From Wigglesworthia glossinidia endosymbiont of Glossina morsitans morsitans (Yale colony) (GTDB lineage: Bacteria; Pseudomonadota; Gammaproteobacteria; Enterobacterales; Enterobacteriaceae): a DNA stretch of 32,000 nucleotides. Both the position numbers and the translations under genes were made by a program. Positions within the stretch are counted from its first letter, which is position 1. The number at the start of each line of letters is the position of its first letter. Below the pieces are notes generated by a model that did no database searches, had not been told where the DNA came from, and worked only from the letters and a program-made list of their open reading frames with translations. Below, piece by piece: positions 27,570 to 32,000 of the stretch. The DNA lies in NCBI RefSeq assembly GCF_000247565.1, contig NC_016893.1:600001-632000 (forward strand). Direction: 5' to 3'.

Positions 27570-29696
27570 ATGTCTCGTACAATAATGCTTATTCCTACAG
27601 AAAAAAATATCGGACTGTCTCATGTATTTTCTGGAATTATGCATGCTATAAGTCAAGCAAGTATTCTTTACACTGTTTTTCGTCCTATTGATTATATTTA
27701 TGAGGATGAAAATAAATTTGATATTATTAAATATTCATCTAGCATTTATAATATATCGTATACTTCAATGCGATCACAATATTCTCTTAAAAATATAATT
27801 CAACTATTATGTTCTAATCAAAAACATATTTTAATGGAAAACATCATTGAAACTTTCTATCAACAACAAAAAAATAGCGCAATTACTTTAATACCCGGAA
27901 TTTCTATTCATAATAAATATTTTGATTTTATGCAATTAAATTGTGAAATCGCTAAAATGTTAAATGCTGATATTATTTTAATATCAAAATTTAATAAAAA
28001 TTATTTTGATTCTTTTGTAGAGTATATTGAGTTTATTAGTTTGCCATATGGTGGAACAAAAAATAAAAGAATTAAAGGAGTAATATTAAATCAAATTAAT
28101 TTTTTAAAAAATTCTAATATAAAAAAAGATTTAGATTGGATAAGATTATTAGAAGTTAATAAATATAAATATACAAAAAAAATTGATAAAAATTTAGAAA
28201 AATTAAAAGATAACAATTCTATTCCAATAATTGCTAAAATTCCATGGGACTCTAATTTAGATTTTATACGCTTATATAATTTAAAAAAATATTTTAACGC
28301 GAAAATTATTAACAATTATAGAAAAGATCTGATTATAAAATTCATTGCAATTTTTCAGAATTCTGAAAGATTTTTATATGCAAAATATTATAAAGAATCT
28401 TTATTAATTATATTAACAAACCAAATCAATAAAAATTTTTATAGCATTTTAGAAAAATTTCAAGCAATTTTATTAGTTGGTTCAGAAAATAATTATAAAA
28501 AAATCCAAAATATTTGTAATATAGCCGATAATAAAAAAATTATTTTACTTTCATTAGAAACAGACTACTTAAGTATTCTGAAAAAATTAAAATATCTAAA
28601 ATTGAAATACTTAAAAAGTAATCAAGATATTTTTGAAACAAATGCATACATTGCAAAATTTTTTGATAATACTTGGATTTCTTCTTTAAATACATCCTCA
28701 TATATACAAAAAATTGATTCTCCACAAATCTTTCAATACAATATATTACAATTAGCACGTAAAGAACTAAAAAATATTATTCTTCCAGAAGCTTGTGATC
28801 TCAGAATATTAAAAGCAGCGAATATATGTGCTAAAAAAAATATTGCTCGCTGCACATTATTAGGAGATCCTAAAAATATTCAACAAATAGCATACCAAAA
28901 TGGAATTGTGTTAGAAAAAAATATTCATATTGTTAATCCTTTAGATATACAAAAAAAATATATTCCTCGTATAATGAATTTAAGAAAAAAAAAAGAAATA
29001 TCCGAAAAAATTGCAATAAAACAACTAAAAAACAATATTATATTAGCTACGCTAATGTTAGATGCAGGAGTCGTTGATGGATTAGTTGCCGGAGCAATTA
29101 GTACTACTGCAGATACATTGAGGCCAGCTTTTCAATTTATTAAAACTACACAAAAAAATTCACTAATTTCTTCAATTTTTTTTATGTTACTACCAGAAAA
29201 AACTGTAATATACGGGGATTGCGCAATTAATGTAGATCCAAATGCTTACCAACTTGCTGAAATTGCAATACAATCTGCTAATTCTGCAATACAATTTGGC
29301 ATTGATCCAAAAATTGCTATGATTTCGTATTCTACTGGGTATTCAGGAACCGGTATAAGTGTAGAAAAAGTCAGACAAGCTACTTGTATAGTTAAATCGA
29401 AATATCCAGAATTTATTATTGATGGGCCATTGCAATATGATGCAGCTATGGTGCAAAAAATATCGCAATCTAAATCTCCACACTCTTGTATCTCTGGTAA
29501 TGCAACAGTATTAATTTTTCCAGATTTAAATACCGGAAATACAACATATAAAGCTGTACAAAGATCAGCTAATATTTCTTGTATAGGTCCAATATTACAA
29601 GGTATTCGAAAACCAGTAAATGATCTATCTAGAGGTGCAAGCGTCGAAGATATTATATATGTAATCGCTGTGACTGCAATTCAGTCTATGAAATAG
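27570..29696 (+). CDS. pta: Phosphate acetyltransferase
   Basis: 708 aa (E. coli 714). The N-terminus MSRTIMLIPTEKNIGLS matches E. coli MSRIIMLIPTGTSVGLT. The C-terminal catalytic domain is highly conserved: VDGLVAGAISTTADTLRPAFQFIKT, YGDCAINVDPNAYQLAEIAIQSA, DGPLQYDAA and FPDLNTGNTTYKAVQRSA. A GGAGA SD lies at 27558-27562. It follows ackA as in E. coli. Confidence 0.96.
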   Translation: MSRTIMLIPTEKNIGLSHVFSGIMHAISQASILYTVFRPIDYIYEDENKFDIIKYSSSIYNISYTSMRSQYSLKNIIQLLCSNQKHILMENIIETFYQQQKNSAITLIPGISIHNKYFDFMQLNCEIAKMLNADIILISKFNKNYFDSFVEYIEFISLPYGGTKNKRIKGVILNQINFLKNSNIKKDLDWIRLLEVNKYKYTKKIDKNLEKLKDNNSIPIIAKIPWDSNLDFIRLYNLKKYFNAKIINNYRKDLIIKFIAIFQNSERFLYAKYYKESLLIILTNQINKNFYSILEKFQAILLVGSENNYKKIQNICNIADNKKIILLSLETDYLSILKKLKYLKLKYLKSNQDIFETNAYIAKFFDNTWISSLNTSSYIQKIDSPQIFQYNILQLARKELKNIILPEACDLRILKAANICAKKNIARCTLLGDPKNIQQIAYQNGIVLEKNIHIVNPLDIQKKYIPRIMNLRKKKEISEKIAIKQLKNNIILATLMLDAGVVDGLVAGAISTTADTLRPAFQFIKTTQKNSLISSIFFMLLPEKTVIYGDCAINVDPNAYQLAEIAIQSANSAIQFGIDPKIAMISYSTGYSGTGISVEKVRQATCIVKSKYPEFIIDGPLQYDAAMVQKISQSKSPHSCISGNATVLIFPDLNTGNTTYKAVQRSANISCIGPILQGIRKPVNDLSRGASVEDIIYVIAVTAIQSMK

Positions 29697-29996
29697 TATA
29701 ATTATTATGGATTTATTGAAAATAAATACATACAAGTATATAGTAAGAATCACATAATGTATTAAATATTATTTAGATTTAATTTTTAAAATTATCTATC
29801 TAATATTTTTAAATATTTATTTTTTTATTTAATACTTTAATTTTTTTAAAACCTATTTAAATTTAAAATAAAATAAATCATATAATTTTAATTTTTAAAA
29901 ATACTTAAAATTTTTTTATAAAAGATTAAATGATAATGTAATAATTTTATTTTAAGAAAATTTCTAATAGTTTATTATTTGAGATTTAATAAAATT

Positions 29997-31277
29997 ATGA
30001 AAAAAAATATTGTTATTTTAGGTGCTCAATGGGGAGATGAAGGTAAAGGAAAAATTATTGATTTTTTATCTCAAAAAATACGATACGTAATTCGATGTCA
30101 AGGAGGAAATAATGCAGGACATACAATAGTAATTAAAAATAAAAAAATTGTTTTGCATCTTATACCTTCAAGCATTTTAAATAAAAAAACAATTAACATT
30201 ATTTCGAGCGGTGTAGTAGTATCTTTAGATGCTTTAGTATCAGAAATACGTATGTTAGAAAATAATCAAGTTGATTTGAAAAATAGAATTTTTATTTCAG
30301 CTTTATGTCCGTTAGTTCTACCATGCCATATTGCTATAGATATAGCGAGAGAAAAAAATAATAAAAATACAATACATATTGGTACTACAAAGTGTGGCAT
30401 TGGACCTGCCTATGAAGATAAAATTGCAAGGCGCGCTTTACGTATTAATGATTTGTTTAATGAAAAAAAATTAAAATATAAATTAAAAATTATTATGGAT
30501 TATTACAATTTTCAATTAGTAAATTATTACCGAGTTAATTCTATTAGTTATGAAGAAAATTTTGAAAGATTGATACAATATTCTAAAATTTTAAAATCTA
30601 TGATTATAGATATTCCGAATTTTTTAAAAATTGCTACAAAAAATCATGAATCTATTATGTTTGAAGGGGCTCAGGGTGCATTACTTGATATCGATTATGG
30701 AACGTATCCATATGTTACTTCTTCGAATACAACTATAGGAGGAATTATTTCTAGTACCGGATTTTCTCCTTTTAAGATTGATTCTATATTAGGAATATTA
30801 AAAGCATATTCTACTCGAGTAGGCAAAGGACCTTTTCCTACAGAAATATTTAATGAAATCAGTAATATTTTGTTAACAAAAGGAAAAGAATTTGGTTCTA
30901 CTACAGGGAGAAATCGGAGAATTGGTTGGTTTGATGTTGTAGCAGTAAAACGCTCTATACAGTTAAATTCTTTTTCAGAATTTTGTTTAACAAAAATCGA
31001 TGTACTTGATAATTTACAAGAACTAAAAATTTGTATTGCATATAAATTTCCAAAAAATTTTCAATTTAATAATATTAATTATTCAGAATATTGGAGTTAT
31101 GCGAAACCTATATATGAATCTATGCCAGGATGGAATAGCAAAACACATGGAATAAAAAAATTTGATAATCTTCCTGTGCTTGCTCAAAATTATATAAAAA
31201 GAATAGAAGATTTAATTAAAATTCCGATAAAAATGATTTCTACTGGATCAGAAAGAAACGACATAATTGTATTATAA
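29997..31277 (+). CDS. purA: Adenylosuccinate synthetase
   Basis: I place the start at ATG 29997. MKKNIVILGAQWGDEGKGK matches E. coli MGNNVVVLGTQWGDEGKGK. The track ORF begins 6 codons earlier at a TTG (29979). GGNNAGHT, GTTKCGIGPAYEDK, GSTTGRNRRIGW and TKIDVLD motifs are present. Confidence 0.95.
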   Translation: MKKNIVILGAQWGDEGKGKIIDFLSQKIRYVIRCQGGNNAGHTIVIKNKKIVLHLIPSSILNKKTINIISSGVVVSLDALVSEIRMLENNQVDLKNRIFISALCPLVLPCHIAIDIAREKNNKNTIHIGTTKCGIGPAYEDKIARRALRINDLFNEKKLKYKLKIIMDYYNFQLVNYYRVNSISYEENFERLIQYSKILKSMIIDIPNFLKIATKNHESIMFEGAQGALLDIDYGTYPYVTSSNTTIGGIISSTGFSPFKIDSILGILKAYSTRVGKGPFPTEIFNEISNILLTKGKEFGSTTGRNRRIGWFDVVAVKRSIQLNSFSEFCLTKIDVLDNLQELKICIAYKFPKNFQFNNINYSEYWSYAKPIYESMPGWNSKTHGIKKFDNLPVLAQNYIKRIEDLIKIPIKMISTGSERNDIIVL

Positions 31278-31621
31278 AATTAAATTTTTGAATGATTATA
31301 AAAATTAATTTAAACGGAATTTTTTTATTTAAAAAATTTGAATTGTTAATTTTTGAACTCAATATGTTTATATTAGTTGAAATTTAATATTAAATACAAT
31401 ATTTTAATCACTTAAAAAATTAAATGTGTATTAAAAGAAATAAATTTATTACTTAATAATTGTTAATTATTTTATTAAATTCATTTTTAAAAAAATTAAT
31501 ATCATGCAAGAAAAAAATACAAATGCATAATTTTAAATAAATTTATATACTAAATAGATAATCTTATATATCGTATATAAAATATTAATCTATGTTTTGA
31601 TAAAAATTTAAATATAAAAAT

Positions 31622-32000
31622 ATGAGCGAAATAGTATATGGTATCCACGTAATAGAAGAATTATTAGATAATCATCCAAATAAGATAATATGTATTTTTT
31701 TTTCACATACCAGACAAGATTTAAAGTTTAAAAAATTAATTTCTCAAGCAAAGAAAAATAATATTGCAATAAAATTTGTTTTAAAAAAATGGTTGACAAA
31801 AACTGTTAAACATAACAAGCATCAAGGTTTAATAGCTTATATAAAATCATCTCAAGTGTTAAAAGAAAAAAACTTGTTAGAAATTCTTAAAAAAGAAAAA
31901 TCATATTTATTTTTAATTTTTGATAATATCAATGATCCAAGAAATTTAGGAGCATGTATAAGATCAGCTTATTTAGCAGGAATTAGCGGAGTGATTATAA
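31622..32000 (+). CDS. rlmB: 23S rRNA (guanosine-2'-O)-methyltransferase RlmB, N-terminal part (3' end lies outside the window)
   Basis: This ORF is not in the track because it has no stop inside the window. My translation from ATG 31622 is MSEIVYGIHVIEELL...HQGLIAYIK...DPRNLGACIRSAYLAGISGVII. It aligns with E. coli RlmB MSEMIYGIHAVQALL...HQGIIARVK...[22 protein letters not shown]. E. coli has rlmB downstream of purA in the same orientation. Confidence 0.88.
   Translation, partial: MSEIVYGIHVIEELLDNHPNKIICIFFSHTRQDLKFKKLISQAKKNNIAIKFVLKKWLTKTVKHNKHQGLIAYIKSSQVLKEKNLLEILKKEKSYLFLIFDNINDPRNLGACIRSAYLAGISGVII

Noticed and set aside
28524-28531. A perfect GCCGATAA match to the sigma-28 -10 consensus on the plus strand inside pta. 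This caught my attention because fliA is in the window. A weaker TCGGATAA match occurs at 17170-17177, upstream of the ABC operon.
   Set aside because: The -35 partner is poor: CAAA at N14 and CCAA at N15 instead of TAAA. The site is inside a coding region, where it reads Ala-Asp-Asn codons. By a rough hand estimate at this base composition, a single 8-mer hit somewhere in 64 kb of two-strand sequence is not surprising. The 17170 site has no -35 element at all. It is worth a genome-wide motif scan, but it is not supportable as a promoter from this window.
23618-28758. Track ORFs 23618-23806(-, alternative frame within miaA), 25877-26080(+, alternative frame within phrB), 27246-27521(-, antisense in ackA), and 28091-28315(-) and 28540-28758(-), both antisense in pta.
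   Set aside because: All lie inside genes whose annotated frame is strongly supported by homology. None has a plausible ribosome-binding site or recognisable domain.
29979-29996. The TTG-initiated 6-codon extension of purA (MRFNKI).
   Set aside because: The ATG at 29997 gives MKKNIVILGAQWGDEGKGK, which matches the E. coli N-terminal spacing to the P-loop. There is no support for the upstream TTG.
7075-31621. I looked for tRNA, rRNA, tmRNA, RNase P, 6S or other structured RNA genes in all intergenic regions.
   Set aside because: In a genome this A/T-rich, structured RNAs appear as obvious G/C islands. None of the spacers (7075-7585, 10848-10982, 12143-12259, 15807-16333, 16922-17300, 22590-23012, 24336-24750, 29697-29996, 31278-31621) contains such an island.
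1-32000. I searched for a novel or accessory system: defence island, toxin-antitoxin, CRISPR, transposon or IS ends, phage genes, secretion-system or biosynthetic clusters, or an unexplained run of hypothetical ORFs.
   Set aside because: Every long ORF has a full-length, confidently recognisable housekeeping homologue in E. coli. No hypothetical proteins are left over, I saw no long repeats, and no interval has atypical composition other than A/T-saturated spacers. I cannot support a new system here.

Overview
This window looks like ordinary core chromosome from a reduced, extremely AT-rich Enterobacterales-type genome, and I found no evidence of a novel multi-gene system. Hand counts give about 23% GC in a typical coding line, about 5% in the long spacers, and about 50% in the FtsZ core. 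About 88% of the window is coding by my tally of the coordinates below.

I support 28 protein-coding genes, two of them cut by the window edges. Every one has a clear E. coli counterpart:
- the dcw cluster ftsW-murG-murC-ftsQ-ftsA-ftsZ-lpxC-secA
- a monocistronic flagellar sigma factor, fliA
- lepA-lepB-rnc-pdxJ-acpS
- coaE
- a four-gene polar amino-acid ABC importer
- miaA-hfq-hflK-hflC
- phrB, ackA-pta and purA
- the 5' end of rlmB, which is missing from the ORF track because it runs off the window

The base composition together with intact fliA, lpxC, hfq and photolyase is most consistent with an obligate insect endosymbiont of the Wigglesworthia glossinidia type. That assignment is inference, since I could not run a database search.

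I found no rRNA, tRNA, sRNA, CRISPR, transposon, phage or defence-island signal. The points worth a second look are signatures of reductive evolution:
- ddlB, secM, era-recO, hflX and nsrR-rnr are absent from otherwise collinear operons.
- SecA has lost its C-terminal zinc-finger tail.
- fliA is orphaned but well conserved.
- Two convergent gene pairs have stop codons only 7 and 9 bp apart.
- Spacers of 300-530 bp with almost no G/C sit at deletion sites and synteny breakpoints.
- lepB uses a TTG start.
- Several genes carry in-frame A10/T10 homopolymers.
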